21,219 nucleotides of DNA from Emiliania huxleyi CCMP1516. Lineage: Eukaryota. The notes below the pieces were generated by a model. That model was not told where the DNA came from. It did no database searches and saw only the letters and a list, made by a program, of their open reading frames with translations. The DNA lies in NCBI RefSeq assembly GCF_000372725.1, contig NW_005201176.1, forward strand, positions 284,038 through 305,256, given 5' to 3'. Within the stretch, counting starts at the first letter, position 1, and every line of letters begins with the position of its first letter. A program made the position numbers and the translations under genes. Below, piece after piece: positions 1-9,117 of this stretch.

Positions 1-2
1 CC

Positions 3-1076
3 TCGGCGCTGCTCATCTCCGAGATGTACACGCGGCTCTACCAGCACGTCGGCGAGCTCTCGGTCGCCGCCGCGCTGCGTGGCGCGCAGATCTGGCTGCG
101 GGAGCTTCCTTGGGGCGAGGCGGAGGTAGCACTCGGGCTGCGCTTTGGCGCAGCCGGCTCGCGCTTGCTGCTCTCCGAGCTCCGCTCCTTGCGAGGCGGA
201 GGTCCCCCAGCGCCGTCGGGCCTCGTCTGCGCGTTAGGCGTCGACGAGGCGCTGGCTCGCGAGTTGAGCGCGCTCTCTCGCTCGCTCGTGGGCAGCTGGG
301 CGGCATACGCCGATCGGGGCAAGAAGACAAAAGGGTTCTCGGAGGGCGACTGGAGCGGTCACGAGATGAGCGTCATGCGCGCCTTTGGGGAGGGGAGGGT
401 GCAGTGGCTCTGCACCGACGTCTTCTTCATGGGCGGCGGGCTGCCGATGCGCGACTACTGGCTGCGGATCCGGCCGTCCGACGGCTCTTCCGAGGCGGAG
501 CGGTACGTCGTGCTCCACCTCCACTACCTCGGCTCGCACGACGCGCCGCGCTTCGACGAGATCGCACAGGTAAACGTGCGCTTCGGCCGCAGCGAGCAAA
601 ACTACTTTTACAAGCCGCACGGCCAGGTGCAGATGGGGATGGACTCGGGCGGTCGCAGCTGGCTCGTGACGGGACACAAGGAGAAGAAGGAGGCGGGCCG
701 AGAGAGCGACACGCGCTGGATGGGTGCGGGCTTTACGCCAAAGGGCTGGTCGACCGGCTCGCGCACTCGCGACTTGCCGCCGTGGCGGTGGCGCACCGAC
801 CCGGACCGGGCGATGGGCGGCCAGGAGGCGGAGGGTGACGGCCAGCCGGTGCACTACTCGCCGGCGGAGAAGGCACGCTTCCGGGAGTGCCACGACCTGC
901 TCATCGCCGCGGAGGCGGCGCTGCAGGAGGGCTTCTCGCTAGCCTTTGACGCGGCGGGCGCCGGCATCGCACGCGACCTTGCGCAGCCCTCGTCAGGAGC
1001 GTCATCAGGCGACGCGAAGCCGTTCGCGTCCCCAATGTTTTGGGCACCCTTTGTCTTGGTCGGCTCAGCGAAGTGA
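3..1076 (+). CDS. 3' part of a CHAT (caspase-like, HetF-associated) domain protein with a ~300-aa insertion; 5' end lies outside the window
   Basis: The frame is open from base 3: SALLISEMYTRLYQ...SVAAALRGAQIWLR (CHAT C-terminal helix motif), ending PFASPMFWAPFVLVG-SAK* (the CHAT terminal P.YWA.F.L.G motif). Catalytic His/Cys would be upstream and are not visible. Confidence 0.8.
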   Translation, partial: SALLISEMYTRLYQHVGELSVAAALRGAQIWLRELPWGEAEVALGLRFGAAGSRLLLSELRSLRGGGPPAPSGLVCALGVDEALARELSALSRSLVGSWAAYADRGKKTKGFSEGDWSGHEMSVMRAFGEGRVQWLCTDVFFMGGGLPMRDYWLRIRPSDGSSEAERYVVLHLHYLGSHDAPRFDEIAQVNVRFGRSEQNYFYKPHGQVQMGMDSGGRSWLVTGHKEKKEAGRESDTRWMGAGFTPKGWSTGSRTRDLPPWRWRTDPDRAMGGQEAEGDGQPVHYSPAEKARFRECHDLLIAAEAALQEGFSLAFDAAGAGIARDLAQPSSGASSGDAKPFASPMFWAPFVLVGSAK

Positions 1077-1442
1077 ACCGCATCGTACGGGACATACTAC
1101 GTACGTGCATGCGAGTGAAGGGTGTTGGGTGTGGGCCGGGCGTACCCCGCGTTGTTTACCGCGCCGCTCTACGTGCAACGTGATCTGGTGCTGGACACGC
1201 AGTAGCGAGTACTATCCGGGGCCGAGCAAGTACAGCGAGCCGTGTCCGTGTGTGCGTGCCGTGCCGCTATGGCATTAGCCGATTTACTATAGCCTATTAG
1301 CGTATAGCGCGAGTACAGGGGGAGTGTACGTGTGTGCATGAGTCTGCATGTGGTACGTTATCGTCTTACTGGCGCGAGGGCACAGCAAACACTCAAACCT
1401 CTGACTCAGAATCGCTGCTGCTCGACGACGCAGCGGTGCCGC

Positions 1443-2449
1443 TCACCACTGGCTCGCAGTCAGCGGCTTGCCCCGCCCGAGCTTCTCGAGCCCGCAGAGA
1501 GCGATCTTGCGCTCGAGCGAACGCTTGGCCTCCTCGTCGGGGGCGCCGGTAGACCGCTTCGGGTACGCGGGCAGCTCGGCGTAAAGCTGGCCGGGCCTGC
1601 TTGACCGTCGCGAGCACGGCGCGCGCGTCCGTCACGATCGTCTTGTACTTGTCCGGTCGCCGGCTCACGAAGGGCCACATCGTCTGGATGTGCTTGATGC
1701 TGACATTCTTGATGCTGGCCTCCTTGACATCCGCGTCCGCGCAGAGCGCCGGCCAGAGGTGCCTGAGGAGCACGGCGTAAGCCGCCTTGCGGTCGCTGTC
1801 CGGCGGCTCGCCGAGCCAGTTTGCCGGCTCGAGCGTGTCCAACCACCGCGCCTTCCAGGCGTACCGTAGCTCATGCTCTGGGGCACCATCGGACGCAGGC
1901 GCGAGGAGCGCGGTGAGGAAGGGCCACATGCAGCGGATCGCGCGGGTGCGGGCATGCTGAGACCGTCGAGGCCGGCAGCCTTGCGCAGCCTGGGCCAGAG
2001 AGCCCTGAGGAGCAGCGTCTGCTTGCCGTGCTCCGAGCAGTCCTGCTCCGTCAGCAGCAGGAGCTGGGGCATGAAGCGGGGCTCGAGCGGTATGGCCGCG
2101 ACGCAGCGCTCAGCCCGCCGGTGCAGATTTTGCGTAAGCGCGAATCGGAGCGAATGAGGGCCGGCTTGCGGGTGGCCATACGACGGCCCGGGAGGCGACC
2201 TGAAGGTCCATCTTGTCCTTGAGCTGTGGGTGGGCATACTTGTTGGAGAGCGGAACGTGCGAGGCGACCGTGAGCGACAGGTAGAAGAGCTCGAAGTGGG
2301 CAGGGTCGTCGTCCGGAAGCTCGAGCGACGGCTTGGCGAAGTGCACGCTCGTCAGAATCTCGCGAAAGACGTTGGAGCTCTGGATCAGGTTTGTGGCGTG
2401 CACGTGAAACGCCGTCTGCTGATCGGAAGGAGAGCACGGAGGGCTGCAT
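1443..2449 (-). pseudogene. BTB/POZ-domain protein gene with several apparent frameshifts
   Basis: MQPSVLSFRSADG, then a frame change to AFHVHATNLIQSSNVFREIL...LELPDDDPAHFELFY, which is BTB-like. Downstream are two LL..LWP.L...I..MWPF repeats. Further frame changes near 1945 and 1590 are needed to keep a protein-like reading (QLYAELPAYPK...EEAKRSLERKIAL). Confidence 0.6.
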
Positions 2450-2647
2450 CTTGGCGGGGAGAGCACGGAGTGAGGGCTTGGCCCTCACTAAGAGTGCTCT
2501 CAATTTGACCCAAGCGGGCGCCGCGGCAACTCTCTCTCTCTGCCTTCAAATCTTGCAGATCTCAGTTCCTGAGCAACTTGGCAGATACAAGTTCCTCAGT
2601 TGGGCGTGGACGTCTTTCTTTTTCTTGAATTCTTTTTCAGTTGTACA

Positions 2648-3173
2648 ATGGCCAGCGAGCCCCAGCTCATCAACATGCTCATCCAGGAGCGGCAGGCGCG
2701 CCAGGCCGCCGAGGCGCGCGCCGCCATTCAGAGCGAGAACGGCAACCGCCTTCACGACAAGGTTCTCGAGGTTCTCGAGGTGGATATCCTTTGGCCGCGT
2801 TGGGCACGACAAGGCGGTCGTCACCGAGAAAGCCAAGCACTTCCACGAGCAAAGCAAGCACTACTACGAACAAAACAAGAAAATGCGGGCGCAGCTCGAG
2901 CACACCACGGGCATGATCGAGCAGCGAGGTGATGTCGTACAGAAGAGAGATTTTGTTGTTGTTTGTCGTACATGGACGCCGTACACTCGACCATATCACG
3001 AGGCGCGGGCAAACCGCCCGACAACGAGCTCATTCGGAGCTTGCTTACTAGTATTTAGCGCTATGACCCCCCCCAATGAACATACCAGTGAGGGAGGGCG
3101 AGACGATCGAGGGGTCCCGTACCACGCGGAATCGGCCCTATCCAGTGCTCAAGTGCTCAAGCGCTGTCTGTGA
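2648..3173 (+). CDS. Small coiled-coil hypothetical protein, interrupted by a 52-nt insertion/intron (2762-2813); 3' end uncertain
   Basis: MASEPQLINMLIQERQARQAAEARAAIQSENGNRLHDK joins in frame to AVVTEKAKHFHEQSKHYYEQNKKMRAQLE once GT..AG 2762-2813 is removed. The frame then runs into a repeat at 3062. Confidence 0.45.
2763..2804 (-). mobile_element. 42-bp retroposon-like 3' tail insertion with a 10-bp TSD
   Basis: Flanked by CACGACAAGG at 2753-2762 and 2805-2814. The minus strand reads CCCAACGCGG..TATCCA followed by a tandem CCTCGAGAA repeat. Confidence 0.55.
3062..3161 (+). mobile_element. 100-bp dispersed repeat, probable 5'-truncated retroposon 3' end
   Basis: 6 mismatches in 100 nt against the reverse complement of 9564-9663. 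Ends in CCAGTGCTCAAGTGCTCAA; AGCGCT occurs at both junctions (possible short TSD). Confidence 0.7.
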
Positions 3174-3268
3174 CCACCGGTGAACGTAGAGGAATGCGGC
3201 TTTGCATTTGATTCAGAAGCTAAAATTGCTACACTCGGCTTCGGGACACACATACCCTGTCTACGCCC

Positions 3269-3669
3269 CTAGTAGTCGTACTCCCCCTCGGCCTCGCCGA
3301 GTGGGTTGTCCAGGTCGCGGTACGACGCCAGCCGCCGAGCCACCCTCTCGCTGTACGAGCTGGGCGGCGGCGCGCTGCCCAGCGGTGCCGGGTCGCAGCC
3401 GCGGCTCCAAAACGCGGCTGGCACGTCCGCTCGCAGCCGCGCAGCCACGTCGGACGGACCGGCGCCGCCCGCGTCCACCTACCTAAGGTTGGGGCGAGGT
3501 GAGGTGGGTGCCCCCGCACACGCGCGCACGAGGGTGGCGGTGGCAAGGGCGGCGCGCCCACCTCGGGTCATCTCGGGCCATCTCGGGTCCTCTCGGGTCC
3601 ATCTTGGGCCATCTCAGGTCATCTCGGGCCATCTCAGGTCATCTCGGGTGGTGCGCCGACCTCGCCCAT
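3269..3669 (-). CDS. Small two-exon hypothetical protein (MGE + VDAGGAGPSDVAARLRADVP...EGEYDY*)
   Basis: ATG at 3669, a putative intron filled with 10-nt repeats (3561-3648), AG acceptors near 3479-3485, and a compact ORF at 3269-3478. No recognisable domain. Confidence 0.4.
3561..3648. repeat. ATCTCGGGTC/ATCTCGGGCC 10-nt minisatellite (intronic)
   Basis: About 8-9 degenerate 10-mers are directly visible. Confidence 0.9.
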
Positions 3670-3709
3670 CCGTTGTACTCTCGCCCGAAACAAAGAATTC
3701 TTAAGATAC

Positions 3710-3768
3710 AAGCCTCTCTCACAGCACACTGGCACGACAAGGGCGCAGACTGGCGCGGACTGGCACAC
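3710..3768. promoter_or_regulatory. ~60-bp element shared with 19125-19185, upstream of start codons
   Basis: AAGCCTCTCTCACAGC(AC)ACTGGCACGACAAGG(CTGG)GCGCAGACTGGCGCGGACTGGCACAC; the copies are identical apart from two short indels. A regulatory role is inferred from position only. Confidence 0.45.
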
Positions 3769-3852
3769 ACACAGGCTCACCGAACAAAGAAAACCAGAAA
3801 GAGCGGTCGACCAGCTTTCGGCCGCACCGAACTCAGGAGCCCCATTTTTGTC

Positions 3853-6696
3853 ATGTTGCCCGAGACCTTCGAGCCACTCCCACCTGAGTTCGAGGCCCTC
3901 GTCGGCCGCCGCCCGGATCTCCAGCGGCTGCGGTTCTGGACAGTGTGCGATTTGGGCAGCGCCGACGTCGAGGCTACGCTGCTTGCTGCCGCCTTTGTGG
4001 TGCGCGGCGGGCACTTGTCAAAGTGGCGCAAGGGCGGCCGCGCTGGGACGCACGATCGGTTTATCAAGGTGGCCAGCAAGGACGGCGGCGCTGCGGGCGC
4101 CGTTCTGCTGTGGGAGTCGAAGCGCGGCGACATCGTGCGGGCCGATGACGAGATCTTCACGTCCTGCTTTGAGGGCACCGCCGAAACTTCTCAATGCTTC
4201 CAGGTCGTCCTTGAGCGGCGCATGCTCTTCTTCAGCGCGCACGCCAGCAGCCGGCAGCGCTGGTGCGAGGGCATCAACTGCCTCGCCTCCGGGAGGGTCC
4301 GCGTACTCGCGGCCACGACGCGGGCGGGTCGTGCCACCGCGGACAGTGCAACGCCGGACTACGTCGTGGTCCAGGACTGCGCCACTGGCGGAGTCTACGC
4401 GTGGAACACCCGCAATGAGGAGGCCAACTGGATTCGCTCCTCTGGTGTCCCCAGCTCCGCCGGCGCGTCTTCTTGCCGGCTGTCGAGCGACGAGCCGGCC
4501 GCACACTCGGTCTCCGATCCTGCAGACGCGGGGCACGAGGCGGGGGGCCGGCCCTCACCGCTCCCTCGGCTGACAGAGGTGATGTCGGGCAATGCCGCCG
4601 GCGACGCTTTCGTCGACGCGCCGCCGGCGCCGGTGCCGCCGACGACGCCTCCGGCGATGCCTCCACCGCTACCTCGGCTGGCAGAGCTGCCCGGGGGTGC
4701 CATCGACGCGCCATACGCACCGGAGACCGCGGGGCTGCCCCCGCCCCCGCCGCGCTCTGCCACGTGCAGCAGCGTCTCCTCCTGCTCCATCTCGTTTGGT
4801 CGGCGGTCGCTCGGCTCTGTCGGCTCTGATGCGCCGGATCGGTCGGGGAGGCGCGAGGAGCAGGCCGAGGCGGAGCGTCTGAAGGCCGTGGCTGCGGCAG
4901 AGGCGGCGGCGGCCCTCCATACGGCGTGCGCTTGGGAACGGCGTCTCTCCACACCTGCGACTGTGTGAGTAGGCGACGGAGGCCCTCCAGTCGGCATGCG
5001 CCTCCCAGCAGGCTGCGGTGCTCGCCGCTTCTCTCGAGCAGTTCGGGCCGGTTTTGGCGAGCAGCGAGCAAGGTCCGCGCGGGCCCTTGAGCAATCTCGG
5101 TTCATCTCCCGCCCTTGAGCAATCTCGGGTCATCTCCCGCCCTTGAGCAATCTCGGGTCATCTCCCGCACTTTGTGGCGCACCCGGTCTGAGTTGCACTT
5201 CGAACGCCTTGGGGCTCGTGCTTCCCCTCCGAGTGTGTAGCCGCCTGCTTGCCTCCCCTTTGTGCAGAGGCGTTCATTTGACCCTGTCCGTGCCGCAGGT
5301 CGTCGTGACCTGAAGGCGGCGCGTTCCTACCTGGTCCAGCTCCGCCTCGCTGCCGCAGCAGGCACGCGGCGCCCGCACGAGCTCGCGGCAGCCCTGGTGC
5401 AGCTGCGGGAGATGGCCGATGGCGCGGACAGCGCGCCGGCGGACGAGGTGGCGCCGCTGCTGGGGCGCATCGAGACGACAGCGGCGGTGGCGGTGGCGGC
5501 GGGGGCGACGCAGCAGCAGCTCGCGTCCGCGCAGGCGGCGGCGACATCGCTACACGCCCGGCTGGTGAGCTTCGCCGCCGCGCGCGCCGAGGCGTTGGCG
5601 AGGCTACGCACCGCCCACGCCGCGGCGTCCTTTCCGTGCCCGCGTGGATTCACTGCGGATGGCGAGATCAGCCGAGATCAGCCGAGACTAGGCACGTGAC
5701 GAGGCGTCCTCCCTCGCCCCGGCGGGGAGCACGGCAGTGCGGGCGGCGCTGCGGGCCGCCCTCGCTGTGGGTGTGGACGAGGACGCGGTGCGCTTTGCCC
5801 AGAGCTGGCTCGAGGGGCGCGACGCCGCAGAGGCGGCAAGCGAGGCCCGAGCGGAGCTGTCCGCGGCGCTGCTTGCGGCGCGGGAGGCGCTGCGCGCCGC
5901 GGCGTCGCGTGGCCACCCCCTCAGAGACTTCGCGTGCCTCGCGCCTCTCGCCGCCGCGCTCGATGCCGCGGTGGCCGCCTCGCTGCCGGCCGCGGAGGTG
6001 GCGGCTGCGAAGGCGACGCTGCGCGAGCTAGAGGAGGCGTCTGCCAGGTTCGACGCGGAGGCTGCGGAGGCGCGCCTCGCGCTGGAGGGCTCCAGCCGCT
6101 CCGGCGACCCCACTCAGATTGAGGCGCGACACTCGTCGGCCCTCTCCCTCCCCGTCTCCCGGCCTCCCGCCTCAGTTCTTGCACGAGGAGAGTCTTCTCC
6201 CCTCCCCTCTCCCCCCTTCTTTGCCACACGCCTCCGCCTCACAGCCACGCCTGGCTGCCCCGCCTCGCCATCCCGCCTCACTGCTCCGCCTCGCCATCCC
6301 GCCTCACTGCTCCGCCTCGCTACCAAGGCCGCGCTGCGCCGCGCCGAGCCGGTCAAGTCCGCCGTGATTGTGGAGCACGAGGCTGCGGTGTCGACGCTGT
6401 CCGCGCTCAGGGTGCAGGTTGAGCGCTCCGCCGCGACGTTCGGCCTGAGTTCGGCCACCGCCGATGCCGCGGTGGCGACGGCGGAGCCGGACAGCGAGTC
6501 CAGCCCATCCGCCGTCAAGGCGCTTCGCGCGCTCGAGACGGCGCTGGCGCGCGCCGCAGCTGCTGGCGTCAGCGGCCTGGCGATGCATCGAGCGCAGTCC
6601 CAGCGCGCCCTCATGTCTGGGGCGGCTGAGGCGCTGCGGCGAGAGGAGGACGCGCTGTCCTGGATCCGGGAGAGCATCCAGGCAGGCCGTGCGTGA
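3853..6696 (+). CDS. Multi-exon protein with PH-like domain, WW domain, Pro-rich linker and Ala-rich helical region; 3' end uncertain
   Basis: PH-like RGGHLSKWRKGG...HDRFIKV...LLWES...CFQVVLERRMLFFSA...RQRWCEGINCL; WW-like DYVVVQDCATGGVYAWNTRNEEANW. Predicted introns: 4924-4972, 5073-5298, one near 5636-5737, and 6124-6327. Confidence 0.7.
5083..5168. repeat. 28-bp tandem repeat x3 (intronic)
   Basis: GCCCTTGAGCAATCTCGG(G/T)TCATCTCCC at 5083, 5111 and 5139. Confidence 0.95.
6260..6320. repeat. 26-bp tandem repeat, about 2.3 copies (intronic)
   Basis: CCGCCTCGCCATCCCGCCTCACTGCT repeated. Confidence 0.85.
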
Positions 6697-6782
6697 TGAG
6701 GGAGGAAGGACAACGCGATCAGCGTCGTCACTCGGCTCCGCTGTAGGTCCCTGGTGTGGACGGTTCTTTTCGCGGTATCCGC

Positions 6783-6863
6783 GGCGGGATATGGCGGGAT
6801 ATGGCGGGAGACCGGGAGACCGGGAGATACCAGGAGATACACGTGGATATATGATGAGATACG
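6783..6863. repeat. GGCGGGATAT/GGGAGATAC minisatellite, related to 10933-11047
   Basis: Its reverse complement GTATCTCCTGGTATCTCCCGGT...CCCGCCATATCCCGCCATATC recurs at about 10977-11047. Confidence 0.85.
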
Positions 6864-6939
6864 GAGCGCCCACGATGTGTTCACGACAACGTCCGTGTGA
6901 AGCGTGAAATCTCTGTGTGAGAGAGCCCCGTACTGGGTT

Positions 6940-7695
6940 GGCTAGTTCCAATTCACTCTGACACGCTAATCTTGAAAACGCGTCCAACGGAGCTCCGTGT
7001 TGCTCCCAGCGGAATCCCCCGCGCGTCCTGCGGCCATGGCCGATGATACTAGTATGAGAGGTCATCTGGCTACCGCGAGCGCGACTCAACTCGTCGACAT
7101 CGTCCGATGATGGTGCCGCAAAGTCAGCCGTCGGAGGCTATCGTGGGGTCGAGCCGGCAGTAGCCGTGACATGTGGTTCCACCACCCCTCGCAGGCTTTG
7201 CCTCTGACCGCCACCGTTCCCAGGCTGCCTAATGGGATGGAAAGGAAGGCTGGGCGAGCGTATAGAAGCGTGCTCGACCTCGTCGTGGCAACCTGCACGG
7301 CAGCGCTGGCAGGCGCGATGAGCGTCGTGCCACCTGACCCAAGACGGGTCGCAGGCGTCGTACCGAGTGTGTCGAGACCGTGTCCTGATGTGATCTGCAC
7401 GGGTGAGTCACGTCGGCGTCAAAGGAGCGACGTGCGACCTGTCAGAGCTTGATCTCCGATCTCAGCGGCGTCGAGTCGTCTCCGGCGCGCGACAAAGGTA
7501 CATCCCCAGGACGCGCAGAGGCAGCTGCGACCCAGCGGAGTGGACGGTAACGCGCCGCGCCGCCTGCTGTGCGTTACCGTCCCCTCGGCGGGGTCGCAGC
7601 TGCCTCTGGAAGGCACCGAGATGTACCTTTTTCGCGCAATGGTCAAAATCAAGGTTTTGTAACGCGAGCTGTGCCACAGTGAAATGGAACTAGCC
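6940..7695. mobile_element. 756-bp non-autonomous TIR DNA transposon (PIF/Harbinger-like: GGC ends, 3-bp TSD)
   Basis: Left TIR GGCTAGTTCCAATTCACTCTGACAC; right TIR (reverse complement) GGCTAGTTCCATTTCACTGTGGCAC; GTT on both flanks (6937-6939, 7696-7698). No transposase ORF recognised. Confidence 0.75.
7487..7637. repeat. 151-bp imperfect palindrome inside the TIR element
   Basis: Stems 7487-7504/7620-7637 (1 mismatch), 7517-7533/7591-7607 (perfect) and 7542-7553/7571-7582 (perfect), all in the same register. Confidence 0.9.
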
Positions 7696-8130
7696 GTTGC
7701 TTGTGCATGTGCATGTCCAGAAACGGCTGCCGTCTGACGAACTGCGTCTTGATCATTCTCGCAACAAGTTGGAAATTGTAGCGAGTGATCACGCTTTGGC
7801 CCGAGACGTAGAGAAAGGCTTCGAGAGCGCGATGCTGAGGCACATGCCAACTCGACGACGATGTGAGCTGCCGAGCCCGACCGCCTGCCGATGTGACGTC
7901 CGCGGGCGCTAGCACTGGATCGTCCAAGGAAGCCGGGCGCACGCCGGGCGCAGAGATTGGCGCCACCGTGGTCGTACACAGGATGTCTTCAGCACTCGTA
8001 GTGTCCATGCTGTCCGCGTGCGGAGCTCCAGCAGTGGTCATGGCGAGGGCGAGGGCGAGGGCGAGGGCGCGACGGGATAGCCCAAGGAACAGGGCTGCAG
8101 GATTCGCGGCGCGAGTGCGGCTCGCTCGAG

Positions 8131-8806
8131 AACGCCGCTTTTGATCGCACGGGATGGCGATGGTAAAATAAACGCCGCTTTGCAATACTGGAGCGGCGTA
8201 TCACTAAACGCGACGCCGCTCTGACTACTCGGAGCAGTGACGACCCACCCACACGCTGCTCAACCCCAGGGGCGGGGCTCGCCACGCCGCGCCGCGCGCC
8301 ACGAGCGATCGTGGATCGCCGTCGACGTCAGGGCATCGCCGTCCCGGCGTCCCAGAGCAGCGTCTATTCAGGGCGACGCCGCTCACGCCATTTAGAGCGG
8401 TGTCAGCTTAAAGCAATCGCTGCTCTTACTAGCTAGAGCGGTGTTCACTCAGCAAAGTCCCGCTCTGAAGAGGAGGAGCGGAGGAGAGCGCGACTGAGGG
8501 AGGCGAAAGCAGCCTCTCCGCGGAAATTGACCGCTCCCGCTATGTTGAGCGGTGTTGACTGTCTTGACTCCGCTCGAACGTGCTCGGTCGGTGTTTTTCT
8601 GAGCAAGAGTCCGCTCTGAAGGTTGCAGAGCGGAGTCTTGTTAGGCAAACGCTGCTCTGTATTGTGTAGAGTGGGGTTTAAGCTTGACGAACGCTGCTCT
8701 AGTACCTGCGAGCGGGGTTACTGAGATAGAACGCCGCTCTGAGAGCCGAGAGTGGCGTTGCGCGTTTTACTTTTGGCCCTCAGCCCACAGTGAAATGGAA
8801 CTAGCC
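8131..8806. mobile_element. Second end of the GGCTAGTTCCA family, with a ~40-bp-periodic subterminal array
   Basis: TIR CCACAGTGAAATGGAACTAGCC at 8785-8806 is identical to 7674-7695. It is preceded by about 14-15 units of AACGCYGCTC-N10-GAGCGGYGTT-N10. No matching left end with a GAG TSD was found. Confidence 0.7.
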
Positions 8807-9117
8807 GAGCCGCTCGCCGTCTGATGAGCGGAAGCGGCAGCGAAAGTACGAGGCCGGGAGGAATGCGACGGCAAAATCGCACGAGAGGAAGGAGACAGTG
8901 TGCTTGCCGTATTGGGACGCCACGGCGCGGCAAGTCAGTCTCCCTACACCTAGCGCACTCCGTACTCGAGTCTCGCCACGACAACACTCTCTACTATACG
9001 GTCCACTGATCAGTCTACTCGACACTCTACTGCTACACGACATCCTCAAAAGCTCATGGATGGCACACACACACATGGATGGGTAGGCCTCGACAGCCCT
9101 AGCTCTGTTTCAAAGCC

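Noticed and set aside
7654..7681. RAG RSS-like heptamer/nonamer (CACAGTG with nearby GGTTTTGT) suggesting a Transib end; also at 8786
   Set aside because: The heptamer is internal to a longer TIR ending GAACTAGCC that pairs with 6940 and has a 3-bp TSD. Transib would end at CAC with a 5-bp TSD.
8131..8759. CRISPR array
   Set aside because: The context is eukaryotic, the spacers are only ~10 nt, the repeats are degenerate, there are no cas genes, and the array abuts a TIR.
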